Of a DNA stretch of 64,000 nucleotides, positions 52,343 to 62,467 are shown in pieces. A program made the translations under genes and the position numbers. Position 1 is the stretch's first letter, and the number at the start of each line of letters is the position of its first letter. The notes below the pieces were generated by a model. That model was not told the DNA's origin, searched no databases, and saw only the letters and a program-made list of their open reading frames with translations. The stretch covers positions 6,083-70,082 of the forward strand of contig CAZSVL010000001.1 in NCBI GenBank assembly GCA_964610305.1, written 5' to 3'. The DNA is from an uncultured Gammaproteobacteria bacterium (GTDB lineage Bacteria; Patescibacteriota; Patescibacteriia; Magasanikbacterales; JBBTXJ01).

Positions 52343-54505
52343 TCAATTTATGTGCGAGAGCGTAAAGGATTGAAGATTTTTGTCAGTAATAAAGTATGCT
52401 GTTTTTCTCTCTTCATGCACGTGAAAATCTGTAGCAAGGGCAAGTTCATCGCTCAAATATTGGGCGACAAGCTTTCCGTCTTTGCTGTAAGCCATAATGC
52501 GGTTTTGCGAGGATTCAAGAAAATATAAGTATTGCGAATCAATGTTTGACCAGATGGCATTGATATTATCAATAGCCGGCTGGGCTGGCGTCAGGGTGAA
52601 AGGTACCACTTGTCCCTTTTGTAGTTTTGTTACAGAGCCGCCGGTTCCTATTATGTAGATGGACCCGTCAACTACAATATAGCGAGCATTGAGAGGGAAA
52701 AGGACAGAATTCTGTAACCACGGATTTCCCTTTTGAGAGAGTCCTGTGTTTGAGAGTCGGTGAGTTTCAATTCGCCCTGAAGCAGCGTATAGGGTGTAAA
52801 CGCGATTAGAAAAAAGCGCAAAGTCTGTAAGATTTTCAAGAGATGTAAGTTTGCTAGCCTTTGGTGGCGAAAATTCAAACAGGTCATTGCCTGATCGTCC
52901 TATAAGATTTTGCTCTCCTTGTTGGGCATTGATCAGGGGCGCAGAAGTGTCTTGCGGTTGCCCAAGTTGGCCAGACAGTGTGGAGGTGATGCTTTTTGAT
53001 TGGGTAGCGCTTGTAATGAGAAGCTGATCTTCATAAAAGGTGAGGGATCTGCTGCCGGCGATGAGAGTGTCTGGAATATCAGCTAAGCGCTGAGCAATAA
53101 TAGGCACTTCCTTTCGGAGTCCTTTTTGTGCATCCTTGATAATTGCCAGCAGATCTTCGTGGGCAATTCTTTGTTGCGATCCGCGTGGCTTAATTTCAAG
53201 AAGATTCTGATGGGCTTGCTCTAAAAGCTGGTGTGCCTGAGCTTGCGCGCCATAGATAGTTGCTGCATTAGCTTCTTCCAGAAGGGTAGAGGCAGATGTA
53301 ATCGCCTTGTCAAAAAGTTCACCCTTTTTTTGTCCATAAGCAGACCATGACCAAACACTGCCGCCAATGATTCCGACAAGAAGCAGTACAGCCATTGCCC
53401 CATACCACACTCTTTTTTTTCTTGTGAGGGCGGTATACCTATTCCTAAATCCCTGCATGGTGCTTCCTACATTCTGGCCTAAAGCTGCACTTGCCTTGCT
53501 TCTGCCTGATGGCGAGCTTTTTATCATGGCAGTGGTAACGCGTCCTACGCGCCATATAGCAACAACTGATGACTGGGCCAGGCGAGTAATCAGAATTCCC
53601 CCAGTGCGCAGAAGGTATACAAGCGTGTGGCCAAATAAAAAGCTGCTCTCTGTTTCTGGGCGCATTGCTCTTGGAGTGTGTGATTTTTTGTGCGATGCAT
53701 TTGGTCTTTTTCTCCACTGCTCCTTAAACCATACGCGGGTATTTTTTATCACGGTGGGCTCCAAAAGTTCATCTGTTATGTCTTGTCCACGCAGCAATGT
53801 TTCTATTGAAGCATGAGATCCGCCACGCGGCTTTTCTTTAGTTTTTACCACTGCTGCTGGTCGTGCCTCTGCAAGTACACCGGCAAAAGACAGACTACTG
53901 CCCAGCTCTGAGATAGATCTTTGCAGGTGGCGTGCTATTTCAGCCCCATTGTGCCCGTGCACAATTTTTGCGAGGCGATCCGATGTGTAGTAATCCTTAA
54001 CATGAGAGCTTGAGAGAAAAATAACGTCCTGAACCCCCAGTGTTCCTTCTACCAATTCTCCAAAAAAAGTTTCTGTGTCTTGATGTTCTGCGCTGAGGTG
54101 ATGCACTTGTCTGGATCGAGCCAAAAAGAGCCAAACATCAGGAGAGCCGTGAGTACTGAAGGCAATATGTGAGCCGGTGAAAAGTCCAATTATGGCATGC
54201 ACGTCTGCTTGCTCCGCATCTGCAAGATGTTTGAGTAGTCCGTTGGCGTGCATGATAGTATCTTCAAAATGGTTTCGCTCTGGAATGTGTTGTTCGTAGT
54301 AGTATTCACCAAGAAAACGAGCTAGATCTGTGTATTGTTTTATAAGTGACTCAGATGAATGCTCCAGTTCAAATAAAGTAAAAAAACGTCCCATTTCTTG
54401 CTGTGCAGACGTGGGTTGGTGCAGGTCTAAAATGCACAGCGATCGCGCGTCAGAGCGACCGCTCACGGCAATGGTGTGTAGTTGTGTATTCAAAATAGGC
54501 TTCAT
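52343..54505 (-). CDS. hypothetical large protein (720 aa): N-terminal cytoplasmic domain, central TM, C-terminal repeat-rich extracytoplasmic domain
   Basis: Long ORF; TM at VWYGAMAVLLLVGIIGGSVW; no firm family. Confidence 0.45.
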   Translation of the reverse strand: MKPILNTQLHTIAVSGRSDARSLCILDLHQPTSAQQEMGRFFTLFELEHSSESLIKQYTDLARFLGEYYYEQHIPERNHFEDTIMHANGLLKHLADAEQADVHAIIGLFTGSHIAFSTHGSPDVWLFLARSRQVHHLSAEHQDTETFFGELVEGTLGVQDVIFLSSSHVKDYYTSDRLAKIVHGHNGAEIARHLQRSISELGSSLSFAGVLAEARPAAVVKTKEKPRGGSHASIETLLRGQDITDELLEPTVIKNTRVWFKEQWRKRPNASHKKSHTPRAMRPETESSFLFGHTLVYLLRTGGILITRLAQSSVVAIWRVGRVTTAMIKSSPSGRSKASAALGQNVGSTMQGFRNRYTALTRKKRVWYGAMAVLLLVGIIGGSVWSWSAYGQKKGELFDKAITSASTLLEEANAATIYGAQAQAHQLLEQAHQNLLEIKPRGSQQRIAHEDLLAIIKDAQKGLRKEVPIIAQRLADIPDTLIAGSRSLTFYEDQLLITSATQSKSITSTLSGQLGQPQDTSAPLINAQQGEQNLIGRSGNDLFEFSPPKASKLTSLENLTDFALFSNRVYTLYAASGRIETHRLSNTGLSQKGNPWLQNSVLFPLNARYIVVDGSIYIIGTGGSVTKLQKGQVVPFTLTPAQPAIDNINAIWSNIDSQYLYFLESSQNRIMAYSKDGKLVAQYLSDELALATDFHVHEERKTAYFITDKNLQSFTLSHIN

Positions 54506-54621
54506 GGCTAGAACCTCTATACATAATTATACTGCAGGGAGGCATTGTATTCAAACGCGCGTTGTGCCTGCACAGGTGAGCCCTTTACAAATGAGTACAA
54601 ATTGTGTACAGTAGACACCCT

Positions 54622-55194
54622 ATGCTAGATCAATTATTTGGGTCAAAAACAAGAGTAAAAGTGCTTGATGTTCTCTTTTCTGCTCCACAAAAGCCTTTTT
54701 TTGTGAGAGAGCTTAGTAGAGCGGCAGGTGTTCAAATTAATGCCGTAAGACGAGAGCTGCAAATACTGCTTAATACGGGTTTGGTGCAAGAAAAAGACAT
54801 GGAAGACAAGCAAGACGTGCGCAGAAAATTTTATGCGCTTAATGAGCAGTCAATCATTGCAAAAGAGCTCTCTGCACTTCTCGCAAAAAATCAGCTACTC
54901 TGCGAACAGGCCTTGCTGCGGGAATTACGAAATTTGCCCGGAGCGCAGCTCATCTTAGCTAGTGGCATTTTTGTGGGAGATGCTGATTTGCCAGTGGACT
55001 TGTTGGTGGCGGGAGATGTATCTGAGGCTCAGCTAAAAAATGTGGTGTCAGGTTTTGAAGAAAAACTATCTGAACCGCTGCGTTACACCCTCTTTAGTTC
55101 AGAGGAGTATCAAGACAGAAAAAAGATTATGGATAAATTTTTATACGATATATTGGATAGTCAATACGTAATTATTGCAGGCGAGAGAGTATGA
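54622..55194 (+). CDS. hypothetical winged-helix (HTH) protein
   Basis: TRVKVLDVLFSAPQKPFFVRELSRAAGVQINAVRRELQILLNTGLV. Confidence 0.4.
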   Translation: MLDQLFGSKTRVKVLDVLFSAPQKPFFVRELSRAAGVQINAVRRELQILLNTGLVQEKDMEDKQDVRRKFYALNEQSIIAKELSALLAKNQLLCEQALLRELRNLPGAQLILASGIFVGDADLPVDLLVAGDVSEAQLKNVVSGFEEKLSEPLRYTLFSSEEYQDRKKIMDKFLYDILDSQYVIIAGERV

Positions 55195-55556
55195 GTGTTT
55201 TGGTATTAGATCAGGAGCCAGAAGGAATTGTGGTGCAGATACGGGGTGTGGAAGGAACGCTCAGCAGCGTTGTGGCAGAGAAAGACAAGCTACTTGCTGT
55301 AATAGATGAGCTCTTGCAAGAAAATAATACTGCTCTGAAAGAGATAAAATCAATTGTAGTACGTTTGCAGCAAGGAAGGTTTAGCGCAACGCGCATTGCT
55401 ATTGTCACCGCAAACGCGATTGCATATGCCGTGGGCGCGAAAGTCCACACCATGATGCCTGGTGAGCAGCCAGAGATAGCCCTTGATAGAGAGGCGGATC
55501 GCTATGCGCTTGCTCAATACAGCGCGCCACCGTCAATAAGTAAACCAAAGGTTTGA
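55191..55556 (+). CDS. hypothetical protein (121 aa)
   Basis: ORF overlapping upstream by 4 nt. Confidence 0.35.
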   Translation: MSVLVLDQEPEGIVVQIRGVEGTLSSVVAEKDKLLAVIDELLQENNTALKEIKSIVVRLQQGRFSATRIAIVTANAIAYAVGAKVHTMMPGEQPEIALDREADRYALAQYSAPPSISKPKV

Positions 55557-55563
55557 GTACATA

Positions 55564-57063
55564 TTGTATTCAATTATGAACGATTACACACGCTACAGAA
55601 TGTATGAAATGTTACCCGGGTTTCTAACGTGGGGCGTTTTGTTTTTGGGTGTAATCTTGTCCTTTTTGGCTCCGCTTTGGGTGGTATATTTTATGATAGT
55701 TTTTTCCGTGTACTGGGTGGCACGAGTGATGTATTTTAGTATATTTTTAATTCACGGATGGTTTCAGTACAAAAAAGCAGAAAAAGTTAATTGGCGCGGC
55801 TCAGTAGAGAAGATATTAGGATGGGATCAAATTTATCATCTAGTTTTCTTGCCCATGTACAACGAGGATGTCCAGGTGGTAAGAGATACGCTGGAGAATC
55901 TTAGAAAAAGCGAGTACCCACTTGATAAAATGATTATTGTTCTTGCGGGTGAAGAAAGAAAGGGTGAGCATTTTGATAGTGTGGTAGCCGCGGTAAAAGA
56001 GGAGTATAAAGACGTTTTTTACAAGTTTTGGACGACAAAACACCCAGCAGGATTGCCTGGCGAGATTGATGGCAAGGGTTCTAATCTGCACTTTGCCGGC
56101 AAGGAAGTACAAAAGCGCATTGATGAGTTGGGAATTCCCTATGATAGAATAATTGTGTCTTCTTTTGATGTTGATACCATCTCTCATCCTCAGTATTTTG
56201 CGTACGTTGCGCATGAGTATTTGAATCATCCAGATCCAACACATACCGCCTTCCAGCCATTGGCGCTTTACAACAATAATATGTGGGAGTCGCCGGCAGT
56301 GCTGCGTATCATGTCTTTTGGTACCACTTTTTGGCTTATGTTTGCCTTGGGAAGGCCGGACACCATTACCACGTTCTCTTCTCACAGTTTTAGCTTTAAG
56401 GCGCTTGTGGATGTTGGTTTTTGGCAGAAGGATATTGTCTCAGAGGACTCTAGAATTTTTTTGCAGGGATTTGTTCATTATGGCGGGAAGTATCGCGTTC
56501 ATCCACTGTATATTCCTGTTTCTATGGACACCGTGCGTGATGACAGTTGGGCAAAGAGCATAAAAAATATCTACAAACAGCAGCGAAGGTGGGCGTGGGG
56601 CGTGGAGCACGTTCCGTATTTGCTTTGGGAGTTTAGAAAGAATAAGCACAGAATTCCCTGGCAGCTTAGATGGCGCCAAATGTGGTATCAGCTAGAGGGA
56701 AAGTTTTCCTGGGCAACCACGGCTTTGATTATTCTTATTTTTGGAAGGTTGCCTCTGTGGGTAGCCGGTGAGAGCGTAGAGAAAGCTGCCCTATTTCAGA
56801 ATACACCTCATATATTAGAATGGCTTATGGGAATTGCGATGGTTGGTATTGTGGTATCTATGACGCTCAGCCTTACTTTATTGCCACCGCCGCCAAAACA
56901 TGTAAAAAATCATACTTTGCTGATGATGATAGCTCAGTGGATATTGCTGCCGGTTTCACTTATTCTGGTAAGCGCCATACCGGCCATAGACGCTCAGACG
57001 CATTTGATGAGAGGTAAATATCTGGGATTTAATGTGAGCCAAAAGAAACGAGCTGCAAGCTAG
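55564..57063 (+). CDS. membrane-embedded family-2 glycosyltransferase (processive, cellulose-synthase-like)
   Basis: N-terminal TM helices, FLPMYNEDVQVV (D...DxD region), QQRRWAWG (QxxRW), C-terminal TM helices. Confidence 0.75.
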   Translation: MYSIMNDYTRYRMYEMLPGFLTWGVLFLGVILSFLAPLWVVYFMIVFSVYWVARVMYFSIFLIHGWFQYKKAEKVNWRGSVEKILGWDQIYHLVFLPMYNEDVQVVRDTLENLRKSEYPLDKMIIVLAGEERKGEHFDSVVAAVKEEYKDVFYKFWTTKHPAGLPGEIDGKGSNLHFAGKEVQKRIDELGIPYDRIIVSSFDVDTISHPQYFAYVAHEYLNHPDPTHTAFQPLALYNNNMWESPAVLRIMSFGTTFWLMFALGRPDTITTFSSHSFSFKALVDVGFWQKDIVSEDSRIFLQGFVHYGGKYRVHPLYIPVSMDTVRDDSWAKSIKNIYKQQRRWAWGVEHVPYLLWEFRKNKHRIPWQLRWRQMWYQLEGKFSWATTALIILIFGRLPLWVAGESVEKAALFQNTPHILEWLMGIAMVGIVVSMTLSLTLLPPPPKHVKNHTLLMMIAQWILLPVSLILVSAIPAIDAQTHLMRGKYLGFNVSQKKRAAS

Positions 57064-57086
57064 ACAAAATTAAACACAGTTGATCC

Positions 57087-60000
57087 ATGTCCAACTTTGT
57101 TCACCTGCACGTCCACAGCCACTTCTCATTGCTGTCTGGTCTAACAAAAATTAAACCGTTGGTAAAAACTGCTAAAAAGCGGGGTTTTAATGCGCTTGCT
57201 TTGACGGATTATGGCTCTCTGTACGGAGCAATAGAGTTTTACAAAACCTGTAAGGCGGAGGGGATAAAGCCCATTATAGGTTTTGAGGCTTTTTTGGCGC
57301 CAAACGGCCATCTTTCGAAGAGACCGCGAGTAGATAATAAAACCAGCCACCTTGTTTTGTTGGCGGAAACCTATGAGGGGTATAAAAATTTAATGAGGCT
57401 TTCAACCATCGGTCATATTGATGGTTTTTATTATCGTCCCAGAATTGACAAAGAATTGCTGCGAGCTCACAGCAAAGGAATTATTGCGCTTTCTGGATGC
57501 ATGGCGGGGGAGTTGTCAGGATTGATCAATGGCGAAGCCACTAAAGAGCAGCTGCATTCAGTCATACAAGAGTATGTGGACATCTTTGGAAGCGATAATT
57601 TTTTTCTTGAGCTTCAAGATCATCCAGAAATTAATGGTCAGATTAATGTAAACTCTGCTTTAATTGCTGCCGGGAAAGAGCTCGGTGTTCCGCTTGTTGT
57701 AACAAGAGATGTGCACTATTTAAATCCTGAAGATGCTCAGGCTCAGGACATTCTTACGTGTATTAAAGACGGAAAGACGGTAGATCAGCCCAACAGATTC
57801 TCGCTTGCTCATGTTGATAGATCACTGTGCACAGCAGAAGAGATAGCAGGCAGATTCTCACACATTCCGCAGGCGCTTGAAAATACGGTAAAAATTGCGG
57901 ACAGAATTGATGTAGAAATTCCATTGAACAAATGGCATTTTCCACCCGTAGACATACCAGAGGGTAAAAACGCAGATGAAGAGCTGCATGATCAAGTCTA
58001 TGCCAGAATTAAAGATTTGGTAGAGGTGACACCAGAGATAACAGAGAGGATAGACTATGAGCTAGATGTTATAAAGACCAAAGGATACTCGCCTTACTTT
58101 ATTGCGGTTGCCGATTTTCTTAAATTTGCAAGAGATAATGATATTGTAGTGACCACCCGCGGGAGCGCCGCCGGATCTTTGGTGTCTTATGCTATGGGGA
58201 TTGTATCGGTGAATCCGATGTTTTTTAGATTGCCGTTTGAGCGGTTTTTAAACCCATACAGGCCGTCTCCTCCAGATGTGGATATGGATTTTGCTGATGA
58301 TCGTAGGGATGAGGTTATTGCCTATGCAACGGAGAAGTTTGGGAAAGATGCCGTAGCTCAGATTATAACGTTTGGTACCATGGCAGCGCGCGGTAGCGTA
58401 AGAGATGTGGGACGAGCCCTTGGATTTTCTTATAATTTTTGCGATCAGGTGGCAAAGTTGATTCCTTTTGGAGCGCAGGGATTTCCTATGACCATAGAGC
58501 GCGCGCTTAAAGAAGAGCCAGAGCTTAAAAAGTTGCATGATAGCAATGCTGATGTAAAACGGCTTCTGGAGGCGGCTCAGAAAATAGAGGGCTGCGCAAG
58601 GCACACCTCTATCCATGCCGCTGGCGTGGTGATCTCTCCCACCACTCTTACGGATTTTACGCCGGCACGCAGAGAAAGCGGAGGAGATCGCATCACCACG
58701 CAGTATGAAATGAAATCAGTAGAAGCGGCAGGGCTCCTTAAGTTTGATTTTTTGGGGATCAGAAACTTATCTATTTTGGGCCATGCCGTTTCTTTTGTAG
58801 AGGCTACCACCGGAAAGAAAATAGATATTACCAATCTGCCATGGGATGATAAAAAAGTATATGAGATGCTTGCCAAAGGCCAGACCATGGGTGTCTTTCA
58901 GCTCTCAGGCTCTGGCATGACGCGTTGGCTAAAAGAGCTGCGGCCCACAAACATCCACGACATCATGGCCATGGTTGCACTTTTCAGACCCGGGCCGATG
59001 GAATCCATCCCACAATATATTGAGAGAAAATATGACGCAAGCAAAGTAGAGTTTTTAGATCCGCGACTTGAGAAAATTTTGGAAATGTCATACGGTCTTT
59101 TGGTCTACCAAGAAGACGTTATGCTTACAGCAATAGAGCTCGCCGGGTACGATTGGCTTGAGGCCGACAAATTTAGAAAAGCCATGGGAAAGAAAATTCC
59201 AGAGGAAATGGCCAAGCAAAAAATTCAATTTTATGATGGATGCAAAAATCACGGAAAATTGCCAAAGGAAAAAATAGACACGCTATGGGAACTCATTGAA
59301 CCTTTTGCCGCCTACGGTTTTGGAAAAGCGCATGCTGCCAGCTATGCGGTGGTGGCGTATCAGACGGCGTACATGAAGGCAAATTATCCCGTGCAGTTTA
59401 TGACTGCTGTGTTGACCGCCGAGAGCGGGGATTTTGATAAAATTGCCAACGTTGTACATGAGTGTGAGAGCATGGGAATTCCGGTTTTGCCGCCGCATAT
59501 AAATGAGAGCTTCAGAGATTTTGCCATGATAAAGGATGAGAGCGGGAAAGAGGCGCGTATAAGATTTGGTTTTAACGCGGTGAAAAATGTGGGGGCGCAC
59601 ATTGCAGATGTTTTGTATCGGGAGCGAAAAGAAAATGGCCCCTACAAAAGTTTTGAGGATCTGCTAGAGCGTGTAAAAGATAAAGATTTAAACAAGAAAT
59701 CTATTGTAGCGCTCACCCAATGCGGCGCGCTGGATGTTTTTGGTTATGATAGAGGTGTGATAATTGCAAACATTGAGACCATTTTGTCTTTTGCCAGAGA
59801 AATGCAGGCGGAAAAGCTCAATGAAAATCAAGGATCTCTATTTGGAGCAGGGCAGCTGCAAGCGCCTAAATTGCATTTTGCAGATGCGCCTCCTGCATCC
59901 AAAGAGGATAAGTTGCATTGGGAAAAAGAACTCTTAGGGCTCTACATTTCCGCGCATCCTTTTGACCCCATAGCCGCGCGCATGGGAAGCGCCATAACGC

Positions 60001-60566
60001 CTATTGCCGCTACAAAAGATATCGGCGCGTCTCAGTGGGTGGTTATTGGAGGTATTATTGATAAGCTGCAACGAAAAATTACAAAAAAAGGAAAACCCAT
60101 GATGTTTGTTACGCTTGAGGACAAAAGCGGGACGTCTGAGCTTCTTGTTTTCCCGAAAACATTAGAAAAAACGCAAGATAGTTGGCAGGAGCGAGCAACG
60201 GTTTGCATTATGGCCAGATCTAGCGATGAAGAAGGAGATGACAAGCTTTTTGTAGAAAAAGTATATCCGGTAAGTGTTGAGAGCGCGGAACATTTGGCGC
60301 GGCAGTTTAGCGGTATAGCGCCGCCCACATCAGCAAAAGGAGCGGTACCGCCAAAACAGCCACAATCCAAGACTGCAACTCTGAACATAGAAGGTGCTCT
60401 TGGTGAGCGCGCGGGTCAGCTTAAGCAGCTTTTTGAATCTCATCCGGGAGATACTCAAATGTTGCTCAGTGTTTCTCAAAACGGCAGCACGCAAACAATA
60501 AAAACACCCTTTAAGGTAGATTGGGAACTCATAGCGCAGCAGGCAAGCGACATTGCTCAGGCTTGA
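57087..60566 (+). CDS. dnaE: DNA polymerase III alpha subunit (DnaE)
   Basis: PHP domain FVHLHVHSHFSLLSG, palm/fingers regions, C-terminal OB-fold; 1159 aa. Confidence 0.9.
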   Translation: MSNFVHLHVHSHFSLLSGLTKIKPLVKTAKKRGFNALALTDYGSLYGAIEFYKTCKAEGIKPIIGFEAFLAPNGHLSKRPRVDNKTSHLVLLAETYEGYKNLMRLSTIGHIDGFYYRPRIDKELLRAHSKGIIALSGCMAGELSGLINGEATKEQLHSVIQEYVDIFGSDNFFLELQDHPEINGQINVNSALIAAGKELGVPLVVTRDVHYLNPEDAQAQDILTCIKDGKTVDQPNRFSLAHVDRSLCTAEEIAGRFSHIPQALENTVKIADRIDVEIPLNKWHFPPVDIPEGKNADEELHDQVYARIKDLVEVTPEITERIDYELDVIKTKGYSPYFIAVADFLKFARDNDIVVTTRGSAAGSLVSYAMGIVSVNPMFFRLPFERFLNPYRPSPPDVDMDFADDRRDEVIAYATEKFGKDAVAQIITFGTMAARGSVRDVGRALGFSYNFCDQVAKLIPFGAQGFPMTIERALKEEPELKKLHDSNADVKRLLEAAQKIEGCARHTSIHAAGVVISPTTLTDFTPARRESGGDRITTQYEMKSVEAAGLLKFDFLGIRNLSILGHAVSFVEATTGKKIDITNLPWDDKKVYEMLAKGQTMGVFQLSGSGMTRWLKELRPTNIHDIMAMVALFRPGPMESIPQYIERKYDASKVEFLDPRLEKILEMSYGLLVYQEDVMLTAIELAGYDWLEADKFRKAMGKKIPEEMAKQKIQFYDGCKNHGKLPKEKIDTLWELIEPFAAYGFGKAHAASYAVVAYQTAYMKANYPVQFMTAVLTAESGDFDKIANVVHECESMGIPVLPPHINESFRDFAMIKDESGKEARIRFGFNAVKNVGAHIADVLYRERKENGPYKSFEDLLERVKDKDLNKKSIVALTQCGALDVFGYDRGVIIANIETILSFAREMQAEKLNENQGSLFGAGQLQAPKLHFADAPPASKEDKLHWEKELLGLYISAHPFDPIAARMGSAITPIAATKDIGASQWVVIGGIIDKLQRKITKKGKPMMFVTLEDKSGTSELLVFPKTLEKTQDSWQERATVCIMARSSDEEGDDKLFVEKVYPVSVESAEHLARQFSGIAPPTSAKGAVPPKQPQSKTATLNIEGALGERAGQLKQLFESHPGDTQMLLSVSQNGSTQTIKTPFKVDWELIAQQASDIAQA

Positions 60567-60895
60567 CATCACGTCTTTTTGGGTGCATGATGAGATTACA
60601 ACTAGGAGGAACCATGATCTTTGACACCAGTTTTTTTTGGCGGGGATGGAATGAACCTGAGCTGCCAAAGAATTGGCTGTTTGGGGTTATTTTTTCGTCT
60701 GTTGTGGCAATAGTGGGTTTTGTCGTGATGTTCTTTTTGTTCTATCGGGCCGTGCAGCGGGAATTGTGGATTGTAAGTTTAATGCAAGCTGCTATTTTGA
60801 TCTATTGGAGTAGGCTGATGTACATAGTGCTTTCTTTCTGGCACACCTTCTGGAAGGCAAAACAGCGACAAAGCGCAAAGTCGTCTTCGTCATGA
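60521..60895 (+). CDS. hypothetical small membrane protein
   Basis: ORF with two TM helices; start uncertain. Confidence 0.3.
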   Translation: MGTHSAAGKRHCSGLTSRLFGCMMRLQLGGTMIFDTSFFWRGWNEPELPKNWLFGVIFSSVVAIVGFVVMFFLFYRAVQRELWIVSLMQAAILIYWSRLMYIVLSFWHTFWKAKQRQSAKSSSS

Positions 60896-61281
60896 GTGAA
60901 TTTTTCACCACGGTAGTACCCTTTGTCTTAGTGCTCCTTCTGCTTCATTTTATAGGTTTTGCGTGGGATCTTCATAAGCGTAGAACATTTGTACCTTTTG
61001 AAATATCCTCTAGCGACGCCATTCACCTAAAGAGAGTGTGTATGCTAGAGAAGAGCGCGCACGGGTCTGTTGTGGGTTCTGGCGGACGTGTGGATATGGT
61101 GATGGGCCTTATTGAAGATGGAGATAATTCTGTGATTTTCCCCAAAGGTACCAGAGCCTTTAGGGTGGCATCAGATCACGTGGAATACCACATGCCAAGT
61201 GGAGATATTATTGTTTTGTATGAAAACGACCACGGAAAATCAAAAATGTGGCTTAAAAAAGATTTAAAAAAAGCTGCATAG
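60892..61281 (+). CDS. hypothetical protein with an N-terminal TM
   Basis: 129-aa ORF with a 4-nt overlap. Confidence 0.35.
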   Translation: MSEFFTTVVPFVLVLLLLHFIGFAWDLHKRRTFVPFEISSSDAIHLKRVCMLEKSAHGSVVGSGGRVDMVMGLIEDGDNSVIFPKGTRAFRVASDHVEYHMPSGDIIVLYENDHGKSKMWLKKDLKKAA

Positions 61282-61312
61282 GCAACTTTATGCAAGCGTC
61301 TTCGGGCGCTTT

Positions 61313-62467
61313 TTATAATGTTTTAAAGCCTTGCTCTGTAAAACGGTACCAGCCACGCTTAAGGGTTGGGGTTTCGCTTTGATGCATTTCTATCATTACC
61401 TCTGGGATAGTGATAACGCTGTCAGATTCTAAACAAAAATCTAATGAGAAGTGATCTGCTCCGGTGCTTGAGTAAATAAAAGGAGATCTCCCCACGCCGC
61501 ATGGTGCTTCTTGGGTATCGGGAACAAAAGCAAAACACAAAGATCCGCTGCACTGCTGCTCTGGAATGTAGTTAATGACGCCGGGAACCTCTGGGGTGGT
61601 GGTAAGCGCGGCAACAGAGGCATCATCAAGCACCACGCCTAGCCGGATAGCGCGCGTCCCTTCTGTAACATGAGGGGATGGGGGATAGGCGCCGGTTTCC
61701 ATCCACCAGGTAACTAAAATGTTTAGATATCTTTTGGCTAGGATTTGCCTATAAATGTCACGGAGCTGCTGGTCTATATCTCTGCGAATTCTGGCGGAGA
61801 GCTCTATGCCAGAAACCGTAAAGCGCGCCTTGTTGGTAGAGAGCGGTGGCACGTCTAACTCAGTAAGTCTTGTTTTTGCGGTTATTTGTGGTCCAAATTG
61901 GTATTCATAGAAGGGGCCATCTTTTAAAACAAAAATTTGCTTTGTCCAGTTTGCCCCAAACCAAAGCGCGGCCACTTGTTCGTTTTCAATGTAGCGCAAT
62001 AATCTTCCCATAGTGGCAACGTATACTTTGGGATCGTTAGGCCTTTTTATGAGCGATCCTGGCGCCGGCAGCACACTTCCACGGGCCGCCGTGTTTTCTA
62101 TGGCCGCATCAGAGAAACGGCGAACCTGCGTAAAATCTGGAAACCATGTTTTAAAAAGCCTCTCGTTTTTAAAAACAAGGCGCTCTCCTACAATTTTTTT
62201 CTGCACTACTTTTCCCTTAATCAGATACACAGCATCTCCAGACCCTTTTGCTAAAAACATAGTGCCGCCATCCAAGCCTACACTGGCGCGCACATCTGGG
62301 TGCGCATCTAAAACGCGATAGAGCAAACTTATTTTTCCACCACCAAAAATATCTGCGCGCGGTGCGGCAGATGGTGCAAGTTTTGCGCTGGCTGGCACTG
62401 GTAGCGCAAGCAGGCCTGCAATAAGAAATGTTACGATAAATTTATTCATCACCGTTAGTATTTTCAA
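61313..62467 (-). CDS. hypothetical secreted protein (signal peptide ...ALPVPASA)
   Basis: 384-aa ORF; start may be the ATG at 62449. Confidence 0.45.
   Translation of the reverse strand: MKILTVMNKFIVTFLIAGLLALPVPASAKLAPSAAPRADIFGGGKISLLYRVLDAHPDVRASVGLDGGTMFLAKGSGDAVYLIKGKVVQKKIVGERLVFKNERLFKTWFPDFTQVRRFSDAAIENTAARGSVLPAPGSLIKRPNDPKVYVATMGRLLRYIENEQVAALWFGANWTKQIFVLKDGPFYEYQFGPQITAKTRLTELDVPPLSTNKARFTVSGIELSARIRRDIDQQLRDIYRQILAKRYLNILVTWWMETGAYPPSPHVTEGTRAIRLGVVLDDASVAALTTTPEVPGVINYIPEQQCSGSLCFAFVPDTQEAPCGVGRSPFIYSSTGADHFSLDFCLESDSVITIPEVMIEMHQSETPTLKRGWYRFTEQGFKTL

Noticed and set aside
57141-60388. Antisense ORFs within dnaE
   Set aside because: They are shadow ORFs inside a well-conserved 1159-aa polymerase gene.
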